Positions 61,636 to 64,000 of a stretch of DNA of 64,000 nucleotides are shown piece by piece. The stretch's first letter is position 1. Each line of letters starts with the position of its first letter. The stretch is taken from contig OZ024742.1 of assembly GCA_964016885.1 (NCBI GenBank), positions 359,972,001-360,036,000 of the forward strand, in the 5' to 3' direction. A program made the translations under genes and the position numbers. This stretch comes from Eledone cirrhosa (Eukaryota). Below the pieces are notes generated by a model. The model did no database searches and was not told where the DNA came from. It saw only the letters and a program-made list of their open reading frames with translations.

Positions 61636-64000
61636 AATGTCTGGGATGTGAAGGTGGAGAAGCGAGATTGAAAGGCTGGGATGTGAAGGAGGAGAAGATG
61701 GATAGAAAGGATGAGTCATGAAGGTGTTGAAGAGAGATAGAAAGGCTGGGATGTGAAGGAGGAGAAGAGAGATAGAAAGGCTGGGAAGTGAAGGTGGAGA
61801 AGAGAGATAGAAAGGCTGGGAAGTGAAGGTGGAGAGGAGAGATAGAAAGGCTGGGATGTGACGGAGCAGAAGAGAGATAGAAAGGCTGGGATGTGAAGGT
61901 GTAGAAGAGAGATAGAAAGGCTGGGAGGTGAAGGTGGAGAAGATGGATAGAAAGGATGGGATGTGAATGTGTTGAAGAGAGATAGAAAGGCTGGGATGTG
62001 AAGGTGGGGAAGAGAGATAGAAAGGCTGGCATGTGGAGGTGGAGAAGAGAGATAGAAATGCTGAGATGTGAAGGGGGAGAAGAAAGATAGAATGGATGGG
62101 ATGTGAAGGAGGGGAAAAGAGATGGAAAGGCTGAGATGTGAAGAAGGAGAAGAGAGATAGAAAGGCTGAGATGTGAAGGAGGAGAAGAGAGATGGAAAGG
62201 CTGAGATGTGAAGAAAGAGAAGAGAGATAGAAAGGCTGAGATGTGAAGGAGGAGAAGAGAGATAGAACGGCTGGTATGTGAAGGTGGAGAAGAAAGATAG
62301 AAAGGCTGGGATGTGTAGGTGGAGAAGAGAGATAGAAAGGCTGAGATGTGAAGGAGGAGATGAGAGATAGAAAGGCTGGCATGTCAAGGGGGAGGAGACA
62401 GATAGAAAGGCTGAGATGTGAAGGTTGAGGAGAGAGATAGAAAGGCTGGGATTTGACGACGGGGGAGAAGAGAGATAGAAAGGCTTGGACGTGAAGGTTG
62501 AGGAGAGAGATGGAAAGGCTGGGATGTAAAGGAGGAGAAGAGACATAGAAAGGCTGGGATGTGAAGGTGGAGGAGAGAGATAGAAAGACTGGGATGTGAC
62601 GGAGGAGAAGATAGATAGAAAGGCTGGGATGTGAAGGTGGAGAAGAGAGATAGAAAGGCTGGGATGTGAAGGTGGAGAAAAGAGATAGAAAGGCTGGGAT
62701 GTGAAGGTGGAGATGATGGATAGAAAGGATGGGATGTGAAGGTGTTGAAGAGAGATAGAAAGGCTGAGTTGCGAAGGTGGAGAAGTGAGATAGTAAGGCT
62801 GGAATGTGAAGGTGGAGAAGAGAGATAGAAAGGCTGAGATGTGAATGAGGAGGAGATAGATAGAAAGGCTGGCATGTGAAATTGGAGAAGAGAGATAGAA
62901 AGTCTGGGATGTGAAGTTGGAGGAGAGAGATAGAAAGGCTGGGATGTGAAGGAGTAGAAGAGAGATAGAAAGGCTGGGATGTGAAGGTGGAGAAGAGAGA
63001 TAGAAAGGCTGAGATGTGAACGAGGAGAAAATAGATAGAAAGGCTGGCATGTGAAGGTGGAGAAGAGAGATAGAAATGATGAGATGTGAAGGGGAAGCGA
63101 GATAGAATGGCTGGGATGTGAAGGAGGAGAAGAGAGATGGAAAGGCTGGGATGTGAAGGTGGAGGACAGAGATAGAAAGGCTGAGATGTGAAGGTGGAGG
63201 AGAGAGATAAAAGGCTGAGATATGAAGGAGGAGAAGAGATAGAAGGAGAGATAGAAAGGCTGGGATGTGAAGGTGCAGGAGAGATAGAAAGGCTGAGATG
63301 TGAAGGTGGAGGAGAGAGATAAAAGGCTGAGATATGAAGGAGAAGAGATAGAAGGCTGGGATGTGAAGAAGGAGAAAATAGATAGAAAGTCTGAGATGTG
63401 AAGGAGAATAAGATAGATAGAAAGGCTGGGATGTGAAAGTGGAGAAGAGAGAGAGAAAGGCTGGGATGTGAAGGAGGAAAAAATAGATAGAAAGGCTGGG
63501 ATGTGAAGAGAGATAGAAAGGCTGGTATATGACGGAGAAGAGAGATAGAAAGGCTGGGATGTGAAGGTCGAGGAGAGACATAGAAAGGCTGGGATGTGAA
63601 GGTGGAGAAGATAGATAGAAAGGCTGGGATGTGAAGGAAGAGAAGATAGATAGAAAGGCTGGATGGTGAAGGTAGGGAAGAGAGATAGAAATGATGAGAT
63701 GTGAAGGTGGAGAGGAGAGATAGAAAGGCTGGGATGTGAAGGTGGAGAAGAGAGGTAGAAAGGCTGGGATGTGAAGGTGGAGAAGAGAGATAGAAAGGCT
63801 GGGATGTGAAGGTGGAGAAGAGCGATAGAAAGGCTGGGATGTGAAGGTCAAGAAGAGAGATAGAAAGGCTGGGATGTGAAGGTGGAGAAGAGAGATAGAT
63901 AGGATGGGATGTGAAGGTGGAGAGGAGAGATAGAAAGGCTGGAATGTGAAGGTGGAGAAGAGAGATTGAAAGGCGGAGATGTGAAGGTGGAGAGGAGAAA

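Larger units (their letters stand above)
7061..64000. repeat. 35-bp tandem satellite array, at least 57 kb, running off the window; consensus TAGAAAGGCTGGGATGTGAAGGTGGAGAAGAGAGA
   Basis: Continuous head-to-tail monomers in one orientation, about 1,630 copies by length/35; common variants are GGCTG[G/A]GAT, AAGG[T/A]GGA, GGCTGGCAT, AGATAGATAG and a 33-bp form lacking one AG. Confidence 0.98.

Noticed and set aside
7002-63851. Giant minus-strand ORFs (up to 4766 aa) as real genes
   Set aside because: They overlap in all three frames, encode the same 35-aa translation of the satellite, show no domains and do not preserve frame; they are explained by the stop-free monomer
7061-64000. CRISPR array (35-bp repeat length)
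   Set aside because: Monomers are directly adjacent with no unique spacers, there are no cas genes, and the context is eukaryotic

Overview
Eukaryotic, non-genic, repeat-dominated window, probably from a cephalopod mollusc (inferred from a tRNA-derived SINE at ~3355-3521 that resembles octopus SINEs as I recall them; not database-checked). Bases 1-7060 are an AT-rich patchwork of (TA)n, (CT)n, (TG)n and TACA microsatellites. Between them sit short unique islands, many of which carry minimal type I hammerhead-ribozyme motifs of the kind known from Penelope-like retroelements. Two motifs look intact (2091-2126 minus, 2760-2824 plus), one has an intact core with eroded stems (778-852 minus), and several are decayed. 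Several islands carry near-perfect fold-back palindromes. Bases 7061-64000 are one uninterrupted 35-bp purine-rich satellite (consensus TAGAAAGGCTGGGATGTGAAGGTGGAGAAGAGAGA, about 1,630 monomers). It is organised as a series of different kilobase-scale higher-order repeats with periods of about 2364, 2888, 2435, 3236, 3533, 3842-4017 and 1082 bp. The very long minus-strand ORFs result from the monomer lacking stop codons on that strand. I found no credible protein-coding gene.
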